Below, one piece after another: positions 1-13,400 of a DNA stretch of 64,000 nucleotides. The stretch covers positions 60,140,001-60,204,000 of the forward strand of contig NC_090333.1 in NCBI RefSeq assembly GCF_035084215.1. Reading direction: 5' to 3'. A program made the position numbers and the translations under genes. Below the pieces are notes generated by a model. It worked only from the letters and a program-made list of their open reading frames with translations, had not been told where the DNA came from and ran no database searches. The first letter of the stretch is position 1; each line of letters opens with the position of its first letter. The stretch comes from Heptranchias perlo (Eukaryota).

Positions 1-169
1 AACAGTGTAATGATTAATTCTGACCTTGGCTCACTAAAGTGTAAACCGTCTGCCTACTGAAAGATCAGCAAAGCGCACATGAGGGCAAGTGCGAAAGATA
101 CAGTTTCCAGTTCGCACATCAAGGAGGTCACCTTGTTACATTCCCTGGGTTACACTATCACATATTCTA

Positions 170-1110
170 CAAGAAAGATAAACCTGATTAACTGTAGACC
201 AGTTAGTCTAATGTCTAATCTCTTCAAATCCATAATTTGAAATAAACTTAGTGAACATTAGTAACCCATGCATGGGTTAATCAAGGACAGGCAGCATGAT
301 TTTGTTAGAGGCAACTCATATTTGATAAATTTAATAGAATTTTTTGAAAAAAATGACTGATTGTATAGATAAAGGGAATTCAGTGAATTTGACTCTTCAC
401 ACGCCTTCAAAAGGAAGCTGGACCGGTTCTTGACTGGGGCAGAGATCGCATCCGATGGTAAATGGTTTTACAAATATCACATGGTCCATATGATCTCATG
501 GGCTGGTTTTGATTGCCTGAGGGCATCGGAGAGGAATTTTCCAGAGCATTGTTTCCCTTATTGACCCTGCGTTTTTCTCTGTTTTTTTGCCTCTCCCAGC
601 AGATTACCAGGATGCGGGGCGGGGCGGGGCGGCTGGGGGTTTGTAGGAAGTGTCCAGTCATGATGCTGCAGCCATCATGTGTGGGGCAGGCTTGATGGGC
701 CAGCTGGTCTTTTCCAGCCGTCATTTTCGCATATTCATATCTTAGTGGTTGTGGATTTTCAAAAGGTGCTTGTTAAGGTGTCTCACAAGAGGCTTGTTAG
801 AAAAAATTCAGGCAGGTGGTGTAAGAGGAAATGTAGCAACATGGATAGAAAGTTGGTTGACTGACAAGAAACAGAGCTAGTGTACAGATGTGTACCAGAT
901 ATGTTGATGACAAAAAAGTAAGAGGTTTGGCAAACAGTAAAGAAGACTGCAAAGGACTCTATGAAGGTTCAAAGAGCTTAGAAGAATGGGCAGAAAGGTG
1001 TCAGATGCAATTTAATATGGATAAGTAATACATTTTGGGGATAAATAAGGATTGAGAGTACACACCTACTGGAAGACACTGCATGGGATGGATGAACAGA
1101 GACTCCTAGG
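170..1110 (+). mobile_element. Degenerate CR1 LINE RT fragment with a nested ~340 bp retroposon 3' end (about 390-735); paralogous copies at about 11540-12610, 24520-25510, 40600-41290
   Basis: Decayed NYRPVSL, QHGF and [11 protein letters not shown] motifs; best preserved in ORF 40697-41275. Confidence 0.75.
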
Positions 1111-1233
1111 GGGTCACAGATACCTCTTTTTGCATAAGTCAACACATGGCAGTACTATACTAGTTAACAAAATTGTTGCAAGCTTATTTTTTTGGTCTAC
1201 GTAGTACAGTATGTCAGTAAAACAAGGAATTAC

Positions 1234-1494
1234 CTGTTTGAATTTCAACTATTGAACTCTGAGATTGGTTGCATGTGCTGTCAGATGCTATGACATATAC
1301 AGAATATAACTGGCCACACAGTAACATGGGCGTTCTACATGATGTTTCTGATGTTCTGCACGACTGGATGTTCCCATTGGGTCCTTCAGCAACGGCAGTG
1401 TACAAGAGTGCACCTTTACTATAGTCCCACGACACCAAAGCAGTATTTAGGTTACAATCCAGTCTTACATCTACATTCTGTGGGCTGCAAGGGA
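1234..1494 (-). CDS. FN3 exon type T4 ([14 protein letters not shown]...), unit U4
   Basis: 261 nt, AG/GT, phase 1-1, open frame. Confidence 0.92.
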
Positions 1495-4400
1495 CTGTAA
1501 AAAAACAAAACATTTAAAATGAATGTAAGATGATAAGTGTAAGTTCAAATAAATAAAAGGATGGATGAATTTATTAAATAGTTAATAATTCCACTGCATC
1601 TTGTCATTCAGAAAACATAGGAAACAGAATAGAAAAGTAAGCATAAAGAGTGTATCACTCATCAGTTAGTTGTACTGACTAAAACAATAGGATGTTTTGT
1701 CATTATCTGCCAGCATTGACTGAGCAGCTGTAACTGTTCCCATTCGTTTTTCCTCGATCCCACTAACGCTGACATTATGCCGAAACTTATGTCAGTTTCT
1801 ACGCCAAGCTGGCCAGTGGGAATTTACGGCCAAATTTCCTCCGGAGCTCATTTCCAACTGGATGCCGGAACGTAAAGACTGGTGCAAAACAAGTGCAAGT
1901 GCAGCATCACCAATAGGAGTAATAGCGCAAGTATAAAAAGACATGTGCTGGCTTCTCCCATGGCACCTCTTGCCTCTGTTACTCCTCTTCCTCTTCTATT
2001 ATCATGCAGAACAGGGATATGCCCATTAGGAAGGCCATTCCAGATAAGTTATCTTTAGACCCCTTTTTATACATTTGCATTACACTTGGCTTCCTCCTTT
2101 CTTCACATGATTCCCCAAGGATGTCCACTAGGATTTGTGAGTTCAATAGCTACTTCCTTAAGTACCTGGCTGTGTAATCCATATTATGTGAGTCAGGATT
2201 CCAGAATTTTTGGGTAACACTAAAATTTATTGTTTGTCCAGGCAGGTAACCCTAATAATAACATTTGTCATTTCCTTTGGGTTGAGGCGAGGGGGTTGCG
2301 GGGGTGGGGGGGGTGCTGGTGGTGTGGCTTAACCCTGGAAGTTCAGAAAATATTGCGGGAATTATCCATACAGCTTTGGAAAATTTTAGCTCCTTTATCC
2401 AGAACCTGGATCAGAGGAAACATTTTTAGGTTAAAGAGGATACAAAATCAAATGTATTCCTATTGCTGAGTTATCAGTCTAGAGATGTCAACAACATAAA
2501 GAGTAACTCCAACCATGGTCTCTTTGATATGGGTTCTATAATGTAACCTGCACCATTCACAGAGATCCATTTAACAAGAACCTTCATTTGTTAAGATGTC
2601 AAAAAATGTTTTGTAGAAATAAGTGTTACCTGCATGTACATTCACCACTGCACTCTGGGGACTTTTACAGATGTTGTCCGTTGCTACAACAGAGATTGTA
2701 TAAAATTCACCACACTGCAGATGTGGGATTTGAGTCTTTGTATCACTTGTGTTGAATAAAGCTGCGACTTGTTGACTATCTCGAGCGGTCACAGTGTATA
2801 ACTTTGCTCCATCGGTGTCATCCCACGAGAAGGAGACCGCGTTCGAATCACAGTTCAGCTCAGCTGTTAGATTCTCAGGAATGCACGGTGCTAGTTAGAA
2901 AATACAAATAAATATCAATCATCTCTCTTTCTCATAAATATCACAGTAAACTAATGTAAAACTATTTCCATAATGGATATTATTTAAGGAGAAATAGCAT
3001 TACCGGTTTGGATTTGGACAGAAGTACTTGAAATGCCATTCCGACTATAACTCAGTGTTGTTACAGTTATGTTATAGGACTGTCCACAGTGTAAATCCAG
3101 CATTTCATAGCGTGTCTCTGTTGTGTTGTGTGAATGTGTATGTCCATCACTTCCTTCTGCAGTTATATCGTATGACATAGCCCCATTAGACCGTCCCCAT
3201 GATACTACTACTCGATTAGAATTACAGTCCACATTCGCAATTATTTCATCTGGGGCACAGGGTGCTGTAGAAAAAGGAAAAATAAACATTAATATCCACA
3301 AGGTTAATGTGAGAAAATCTTGGACAAATGGTTCTTGTCAACAGCTCATAGAACGTAAATAACCTCAATAAAGCAGTCACCTTTATATTCCACACTGTGA
3401 CTACTCGATCCAGCTGCTATGTATTAGGGCCAACAAATTCCAGCTTGGGATTCTAGATCACTATTGTTGCAGCCAGTTTGACTCCCAAGTCTCTGAATGT
3501 TGAACCTTTGTATCAATGCTGCCAGATGGGCATAGAAGGATGATGATCCTGAAGTCCTTAGATTATTGCTGGTATCCACAGCGATTAGCGAGGATTGCCG
3601 TGTGGAGGCTGAACGGGGATGAAATCAGTGGATCATGGGGCTGCACTCCTGCCACTGTTTACAGTAGTACCCTGGAACCCCAATGAACAACAGAAGCTGT
3701 TCATTTAGGTTGGCAGGACAGTGTTTATGTGTCCAGATTTAGGTATGGCCGAGTTTCTTATTAAACTATGCATTTCTGAATTATCGCCAATTGGACCAGT
3801 CCAGTGGGGGGCTGTAACAGACAAGTCCCTCGCTCTATATTAATATAAGACAACATTGCGGTTGATTTTAACCCTACACATCTGTTGGTAAATAGGTGAG
3901 TGGGCAATTAAAAACTAGCAAGTCAGAAGGTTGTAGGACTCGGTTGATAGGTCAATGCAATACTGAGGCAGGACTGGTTGACCATGTGCTGTTTTTCCAA
4001 TAAGACTTTAAACCTGTGTCTGTCATATCTGTTCCAGTTGAAAGATCCCACAGCACATTTTTTGAAGAGCCAGGCGTTGTCTCACCAGGGAGTTGTCCCT
4101 TACTAACACCATCAAAACAGATTAACTTGTAATTCAGTTCAATGGCTGTTTATGAGAACTTGCTGTGTGTAAATTGGCTGCTCAATTTGCCTACCTAATG
4201 AGAATGACTTCACTTCAAAAGTAATCTCTTGATTGTGAAGTGTCTTGAGATGTCCTGAGGAGATGAAAGGTGTTATATAAATGCAGGTTCTTTCTTTCTA
4301 TATTACCTGTCTGAATCTCATAACTGGAGCCTTGGATGCTGCTGCAATTTTCACCAAAAGCGAGTACAGTGATGTTATATATTTGACTGCAGTGAAGACG

Positions 4401-7400
4401 TGAGATTAGACAGTTTGTTTCAGACGTGGTACACGTGGCTGTGTGTCCATCACTTCCTTCTGCTGTTGCAGTATATGACACTGTGCGATTACTCGGCTCC
4501 CATGTTACAAAGGCAGTGACAATGTCGCAATCAGCTTGAACATTCTGAGGGGGGCATGGTACTTTGGGGAGGGGGGAAAGAGAAATGAGAAATCATGAAT
4601 TAGTGATATCAGTGCAGAGTTCCAATGATTTCCTTTGATTCCAAACTCAGAAAATAAACACCCAAGCAGAGAACCCCAATAACCGTGGAAGAACTAGATT
4701 CCCATTCAGAGACACTGAATTTGAATTCAACATGGACTGTAATTGCTGATTGTGCCCTTACTCCTCAGGTGATTTTCACCAGTTTGTTTGCTTGGCTCTA
4801 GAGAGGCTGCCTCATAGTGGAAGGAACGAAGGGGAAAAATTTTTCTTCCATCCTAGAAAGAGAGCCTTGTAATCACTAATATAAAGTACTAATGTTAGTA
4901 GCTGGATAGAAACACATTCAAAATCTCTGTTGAATGAAGTCACCGTAGAATTGAGAATTGGTTGACAGACAGGAAACAGAGAGTAGGAATAAATGGTTCT
5001 TTTTCTGGGTGGCAGGCAGTGACCAGTGATCAGTGCTTGGTCCCCAGCTATTCACAATATATATCAATGATTTGGATGAGGGAACTAAATGTAACATTTC
5101 CAAGTTTGCAAACGACACAAAGTTGAGGTGGAATGTGAGCTGTGAGAAGGATGCAAAGAGGCTCCAATGTGATTTAGACAAGTTGGGTGAGTGGGCAAGA
5201 ACATGGCAGATGCAGTATAACGTGGATAAAGGTGAGGTTATCCACTTTGGTTGTAAAAACAGAAAGGCAGATTATTATCTGAATGGTGATAGATTGGGAA
5301 AAGGGGAGGTGCAACGAGACCTGGGTGTCCTTGTAAGCCATTCGCTGAAAGTGAGCATTCAGGTGCAGCAAGCAGTTAGGAAGGTGAATGGTATGTTGGC
5401 CTTCATTGCAAGAGGATTTGAGTACAGGAGCAGAGATGTCTTACTGCAGTTATACATTTTCTTCCTATGGACCCACGGCGAAGAATCACTGAGGAGACTA
5501 CACGATAACATCAACAAGTTCCATCCTACCATCAAACTCACCATGGACTACTCCTCAGAATCGGTTTCTTTCTTGGACACACAAATCTCCATCAAAGACA
5601 GGCACCTCAGCACCTCACTCTACCGCAAGCCCACGGACAACCTCACGATGCTCCACTTTTCCAGCTTCCACCCTAACCACGTCAAAGAGGCCATCCCCTA
5701 TGGACAGGCCCTACGAATACACAGGATCTGCTCAGACGAGGAGGAACGCGATGGACACATACAGACGCTGAAAGACGCCCTCGTAAGAACGGGATATGAT
5801 GCTCGACTTGTCGATCGACAGTTCCGACGGGCCACAGCGAAGAATCGCATAGACCTCCTCAGAAGACAAACACGGGACGCAACCAACAGAGTACCCTTCG
5901 TCGTCCAGTACTTCCCCGGAGCGGAGAAACTACACCATGTTCTCCGCAGCCTTCAACATGTCATCGATGACGACGAACACCTTGCTAAGGCCATCCCCAC
6001 GCCTCCACTACTCGCCTTCAAACAGCCACCCAACCTCAAACATACCATCGTTCGCAGCAAGTTACCCAGCTTTCAGGAGAACAGCGTCCACGACACCACA
6101 CAACCCTGCCACGGCAACCTCTGCAAGACATGCCAGATCATCGACACGGATACCACCATCACACGAGAGGACGCCACCCACCAGGTACATGGTTCATACT
6201 CCTGTGACTCGGCCAACGTTGTCTACCTCATACGTTGCAGGAAAGGATGCCCCGGAGCATGGTACATTGGCGAGACCATGCAGACACTGCGACAACGGAT
6301 GAACAGACACCGCGCAACAATCGCCAGACAGGAGGGTTCCCTCCCAGTCGGAGAACACTTCAGCAGTCAAGGACATTCAGCCACCGATCTTCGGGTAAGC
6401 GTTCTCCAAGGCGGCCTTCGAGACACACGACAACGCAAAATCGTCGAGCAGAAGTTGATAGCCAAGTTCCACACCCATGAGGACGGCCTCAACCGGGATC
6501 TTGGGTTCATGTCACGCTACACGTAACCCCACCAGCAAAAAGGGGAAAAAAAAGTTATGTTTTTAATATTCTCTCTCTCTCTCTCTCCCTGCCATTTGGG
6601 TTTCTTTCTGTCTGTCTGTGTAATTGACACAATGTATATCCAGTGTACTGGGACGTGCTGTTCTCCGTGACTGGCCTGTTTGAACATCAACGACACCTTT
6701 TGATTGGTGTGATGCTGTCCCAGCCTAGTATAAGATATGCGATTTGAGAACCTTTTCACTCATTCACCTGACGAAGGGGATAATCTCCGAAAGCTTGTGA
6801 TTTTAAAATAAATTTGTTGGACTATAACCTGGTGTTGTAAGATTCCTTACATTTGTCCACCCCAGTCCATCACCGGCATCTCCACATCATTGCAGTTATA
6901 CAGGGCCTTGGTGAGACCACATCTGGAGTAGTGTGTGCAGTTTTGGTCTCCTTATCTGAGGAAGGATGTCCTTGCCATGGAGGGAGTGCAACGAAGGTTT
7001 ACCAGACTGATTCCTGGGATGGCAGGACTGACGTATGAGGAGAGATTGGGTCAACTAGGCCTATATTCACTAGAGTTTAGAAGAATGAGAGGTGATCTCA
7101 TCAAAACATATAAAATTCTAACAGGACTAGACAGACTAGATGCAGGGAGGATGTACCCAATGGCTGGGGAGACCAGAACCAGGGGTCACAGTCTCAGGAT
7201 ACGGGGTATGCAATTTAGAACCGAGATGAGGAGAAATTTCTTCACTCAGAGGGTGGTGAACCTGTGGAATTCTCTACAACAAAAGGCAGTGGAGGCCAAG
7301 TCATTAGATGTATTCAAGAAGGAGATAGATATATTTCTTAATGCTAAAGGGATCAAGGGATATGGGGAAAAAGCAGGCACAGGGTACTGAGTTAGACGAT

Positions 7401-10400
7401 CAGCCATGATCATTTTGAATGGCGGAGTAGGCCCAAAGGGCCGAATGGCCTACTCTTGCTCCTATTTTCTATGTTTCTATGTTTCTAGAATGGAAAACAA
7501 GTGTCCCTATAACCTAAATTACCAGTGTGAACATCCTTTATCTCAAACCTCATAACAGCACTTCCTACTGCGGCAGCTAACATTTCCCACACATCACAAG
7601 GTTCTTTAGAAATTTTACCTGTTTCAGTTTCAAAGATGGAAGTGTTTATACTCTGACAATAACCATCCATCGCTTTTACAGTTATGAAATATGATTGACT
7701 GCAGTGCAGATCTAGGAAATGACAGCTTGTCTCTGTTGTGTTACACATTGTTATGTGTCCGTCTTGTCCTTCTGCTGTTGTAACGTACCACACCGCACCA
7801 TCACTCTTCTCCCATGACACGGACGTACTCTTGGTGTCACAGTCTAGATTGGTGTAAATATATTGGGGTGCACATGGGGCTGAAAAATACAGAAACACAG
7901 ACCGGCTGTCACAGGACAAGAAATATCTTCAATCCAAGATGTTCAAAACCAGAAGTCACTGTCATTATTTTGTGCTTCTGAACAATATTTAATTCATTCA
8001 GATATTTTCTTTCAATAAAGGAAATCCCCTAACATATTTGACTGCACCTGTTGGAATAGTTACTAAAGAAAATCCTGGATTTTTATCAACAGGAAGTTTT
8101 TCTTTTGAAAATAAATGTCTTAATCTCATTCAAATATGGCGCTGGTCTCACAGAGAATTCCAACTAAAATCTCTGCAACCATCATTGTGTATAAAGATCA
8201 AGGCGCACTTTCACCATTCAGCATTTACACTTTACTCATTTGACTTGTGTTTCTATGGTTACACTTTCGGCTGTTGTATTTACAATCCTTCTCTGCTCTT
8301 ATATTGGATGACTCATGGAACATAGCTGACATGAAGGTGCAAATATTTCCATAGGGCCACTTGTTGACCATTCCTGCTCACTGCACTCACGACTTTCTGT
8401 TGTCGTGGAACTACTTACACTGCAGCTCAATCTAAATATTTTGTGAATTTAATGGAGATTTTTATGCTGTGTAATATTCAACAAGAAATTTTCCGGGAAT
8501 TTTCTCGAAGGTTCTTCCGATCAGCCATTGCAACTTCGGGGAAATGCATGGAACCCTTGGATAGACCCTGTGCACGGGGTTTCTGTAGAACTTCTGCCAA
8601 AGTTGCACCGGCCAATAGGGAGAACCCCTGAGGAAATTCCTGGTGGTTATCTTGGTGCATGAAGTCAGTAAATCTGAAACCAGCACAACCGGGAGGAAAT
8701 TAGACCCATTGTTTATAAAGGAGAATATATTCATGTTTGATGCACCTTTCCTCATTTGTTTCTAAGCATAAATTGTATCAAAAAGCACTAGATGACCACA
8801 TCAATGAAAAGGCATTACAGCCAAATAATTTTATTTAGACAGCAGGCCTCTGCCAAGCATATTATCGACTTCACCACCACTCTCCTCGAGGCCATCCTGC
8901 ATTCCATCCTACAAAATTCCATCTCGCACAGTGCTCCTGTCAGCCCTGTCCTCCGGTGTCTCCCCATCCCCCAAAACATTGATTTCAAATCCATTGATGA
9001 CCTCACTCCATCCTACTTCAGAAAACATCTCTAGTTCTTGATCCCAGTTTTCACCCCCTGCTCTTCTGATTCTCGATTACTTTGTGTTTCCTTAGCCCCC
9101 CTTCCCTCCCACCCACTCGTTCCGATCCACCATTGGAGACAAAGCCTTCAGCCTTCATAGACTTGCTGTCTGTAATTCGCTTTCTAAATAGCTCTGACTT
9201 GCTAACTCTCTACTTATCTTCAAAGGGCTCCTTAAAAGTTACCTCTTACACCTTGCCTTCAGACATGACTTCTAATGCTTCACCCAATTCCTGTTCAGTA
9301 TCCAAATCCTCTGTCACAATGAAGTGTTTGGGGATATTTTATGTGGAAAGTTCTTTTATAAGTGAAATTGTTGTGTTTAATTAGTGGTGCCAGTTTTAAA
9401 TCATCCTCTTCCATACCAAAGACTTACCAGAACTTAATTCAAATTTAGAGCTTTGTGAACTGTCACATACACCATCCAGTGCTGCTACAGTTAAATTATA
9501 CATCTGTCCACACTGTAGATCATTTATTTGACACTCTCTGTTGGCTGTATCACATGATACCGTGTCCCCATCGCTTCCTTCTGCTGTTGCAGAATATGAC
9601 ACTGCACCTTTAGTGTGGGTCCATGACACAGAAGCATCGTTTGTGTTACAGTCCAGCTGGACATCGAGATTCTGTGGGATGCATGATACTGAAAAGAGCA
9701 GAAAGACCAGATGAAGAGCACTTGTCCAGTAGCTTCTAAACTTTATAGAATTGTTTTCTAACGGAAATCTTCATGCAAATGTATTTGATAGATTTTCTGA
9801 TGAGCAAAATTTTGAACAATGCAGAAATCATTGTTCGTGAGATTGATACAGAAATTAGTGATAAGGGAAATTGCACTTCTCTTCAGTTACCTGTTTTCAT
9901 TATGATGGAAGGACTTTCAGCACTGTCACATGAGTCATCCTGTGCATGAACTGTTATAGTGTAGGTCTCTCCACAGCACAGGTCAGTGATATCACACAAT
10001 GTATCATTAGTGCTGCATTGTTGCACATTGCTTCCTTCTGCAGTCGCAGTGTATGATATCGCACCTTCACTTAACTCCCATGAGACTGCCATAAATCCAG
10101 CATCACAGTCCACATGAGCATCAACTTTCTGTGGGACACATGGTACTGCAAGAAGAAAATTCATAAACATCACCTACTGGAAAAATACTGAGTCGCATAA
10201 CTGTCTATAAGATACAAAAATGACAATATTCCAACTAATTCTAGATTCTCGTGCAGAATTACCTGTTTTAATTGTAAAAGCAGAGCTGTGTGAGCTGTTA
10301 CATTGCATGCGGATTGCCTGTACAGTTATATAGTAGTTCCGTCCACAATACACATCTGTGATCTCACATTCAGTGTTTGTGGCATTGCATGAGGCCCTAT

Positions 10401-13400
10401 GGCCATTGCTTCCTTCTCCTGTTACAATGTATGACTCTGTGCCATTACTGGGATCCCAAAACACAGAAACATTATTACTTTCACAGTTTATGTGAGCTAC
10501 CACGTTCTGTGGGATACAAGGCGCTGCAGAAAGGAGAAAACACTTTGTCGATTTAATGCTGCATACAAATGTCTAAAAGCTGCATAATATCAAGCATTAC
10601 TGCGTCAGTACGAGCTTTGATCTGTATCGATAGGATTAACTGCTGGATGCTTGAGTTTGTAACAAAGAATAACTGTAGCAATTATCAATGTACAAAGTGT
10701 GAGGTGGTGCTTATTGATATACAGTTTTGTGACACTGTCAATTTTAAATTTTCCTGTCTTTTAATTACTTTTTTCTGTTTATTTTCATAAAAAGAAAACC
10801 AAGGTTTTACCTGTTTGTATTTCAAAAGCTGGACTTGGTAAACTGGTACAATTCTCATCCATTGCTAATATAGTTATACTGTATATCTGGCCACAAGGGA
10901 GGTCTGTGATCTCACAGTTTGTTTCTGTTGCATTGCATGGATACCTGTCTCCTTCCATTCCTTCTGCAATTGCGGTATAGAACATTGCGCCGTCACTCTG
11001 CTCCCACAATACTGACGTTGTTTGTGTTGTACAGTCCAAATAAGCACTTACATTCTGAGGACTGCAAGGGGCTGAAGATATCAGAGAAACAAGATGGATA
11101 AAGGCACAGTCAGCTTTTTACTGGAATTCAAGAATGTGCATTTACAAGTAGCATTTGAAAAATGTTAACATAAAGTCTGAAAGCTTTTCATTCTGTTGCC
11201 ATGAAAAGGTGCTACGTGCAGGAAAAGTGAAATATCAGAATCTAAATGATCTTATCTGGTGACTATGTAAATTGTCTGCTGCTTTGAACAATGTCCCCTT
11301 CATTAGCACGATAATTCTATTAAGTGAGTCCAATCATCACTATTGCTTTCCATGTTCACTTGCCCTCTGAGAGATAAAACAGTGCAATGATTAATTCTGA
11401 CCTCGGCTCACTAAACTGTCTACTTACTGAAAGATCAGCAAAGCGTATGTGAGGGCACGTGTGAAAGATATAGTATCCAGTTCGTAAGTTAAGGAGGTCA
11501 CCTTGTTACATTTTCTGGGTTACACTATCATATATTGTACAAGAAAGATAAACCTAATTAACTAGAGACCAGTTAGTCTAATGTCAATTGTGGGCAGACT
11601 CTTAGAATCCATAATTTGAGGTAAAATTGGTGAGCATTTAGAAATGCATGGTTTATTCGAGGACAGGCAGCATGGTTTTGTTAAATTTACAACTATGACT
11701 TGCCTTTAACAGTTTTTTCAAGAAATGACTGATTGTATAGATAAAGGGAATTCAGCAAATTTGACACTCTGCACGCATTCAAACGGGAGCTGGACCGGTT
11801 CTTGACTGGGGCAGAGATCGCATCCGATGGGTGAGTGGTTTTACAGATATCACATGGTCCATGTGATCTCCTGGACTGATTTCGATAGCTTGAGGGGGTC
11901 AGAAAGGTATTTTCCAGGGTATTTTTTCCCTTATTGGCCCTGGGTTTTTCTCTTTTTTTTCCTCTCCCAGCAGATTACTTGGCTGTGGGACGATGTTGGG
12001 GGTGGGGGGAGGGGGAGAGGTGTGGTGAGTTGGGGCAGAGGGTTAGTAGGAAGCGTCCAGTCACGATGCTCCAGCCATCATGTGTGGGGCAGGCTTGATG
12101 GGCCAGCTGGTCATTTCCTGATGTCATTTTCATATATAAATATTTTAGTGGATTTAGTGGATGTGAATTTTCAGAAGGTGTTTGATAAGGTGTCTCATAA
12201 GAGGCTTGTTAGAAAAAATTCAGACATATGGTGTAAGAGGAAATGTAGCAACATGGATAGAAAACTGGTTGACTGAAAAGAAACAAAGAGCTAGTGTACA
12301 TGGTATTGGTTGCATTGGAGAAGCGTTGGAAGTGGCACACCCAGAGGTCAGTGCTGGGTCCACTTTTGTCCTCCGTATATATGGATGCTTTGGACTTACT
12401 TTAGTATCATCAACACATCTGCTAAGAGGTTTGGCAAACAGCTAGGAAGACTGCAAAGGACTCCCTGAAGACTTAAAGAGCTTATGCGGATGGGCTGACA
12501 GGTGCCAGATGCAATTTATTATGGATAAGTAATACATTTTGGTGGGAAAATAAGGATTGAGAGTACATAATGGAAGACAGTGAATAATGTGGATGAACAG
12601 AGACACCTGGGGTAACTGATACTTTTTGCATAGTATTATAAGTCAACACACTGCAGTACTATACTAGTTAACAAAAAATGCTGGAAGCTTATTTTTTTGG
12701 TCTACGTAGTACAGTATGTCAGTAAAACAAGGAATTACCTGTTTGAATTTCAACTATTGAGCTCTGAGATTGGTTGCATGTGCTGTCAGATGCAATGACA
12801 TATACAGAATATAACTGGCCACACAGTAACATGGGCGTTCTACATGATGTTTCTGATGTTCTGCACGACTGGATGTTCCCATTGGGTCCTTCAGTAATGG
12901 CAGTGTACCAGAGTGCACCTTTACTATAGTCCCACGACACCAAAGCAGTATTTAGGTTACAATCCAGTCTTACATCTACATTCTGTGGGTTGCAAGGGAC
13001 TGAAAAACACCAAAAAATTTAAAATGAATGTAAGACAATAGAATCAACCATCAGTGTAAGTTCAAATAATTAAAAGGATGGATGAATTTACTAAATAGTC
13101 AATAATTCCACTCACCTTGTCATTGTAAAAACACAGGAAACAGAATAGGAAATTACAGAATAAAGGGTGTAGTCTGTGCATCACTCATCAATTACTGGCA
13201 CTGACTAAAACAATAGGATGTTTTGTCATTATCTGCCAGCATTGACTGGGCCATTTTAATAGTTCCCATTCATTTTTCTTCGATCTCATTGACGCTGACA
13301 TTATGCCGAAACTTACATCAGTTTCTACACTGAGCTGGTCAATGGGAACTAACACCCAAATTTCCTGTGGAGCTCATTTCCACATGCCGGAACATAAAAA

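Larger units (their letters stand above)
4952..7485 (+). mobile_element. 5'-truncated CR1 LINE (RT C-terminal part and 3' UTR), interrupted by a Penelope element
   Basis: [17 protein letters not shown] and [21 protein letters not shown] motifs; (TTCTATGT)n tail; candidate TSD tagaat 4946-4951/7486-7491; empty site in U1/U2 and U2/U3 junction introns. Confidence 0.9.

Noticed and set aside
1214-1513. ORF-track entries treated as separate short proteins
   Set aside because: Their ends run into intron sequence; true boundaries are the AG/GT sites giving 255/261-nt exons.
2789-3100. CACAGTG heptamers in T3 and T2 exons, suggesting V(D)J recombination signals
   Set aside because: They lie inside coding sequence (His-Cys or Thr-Val codons on the minus strand) and no ACAAAAACC-like nonamer follows at 12 or 23 nt in the copies inspected.
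9082-9384. Recurrent plus-strand [20 protein letters not shown] (also 21981, 37033)
   Set aside because: It recurs only because the intron was duplicated. It starts at TTG, is frameshifted in the 37 kb copy and looks like an old LINE 3' remnant.
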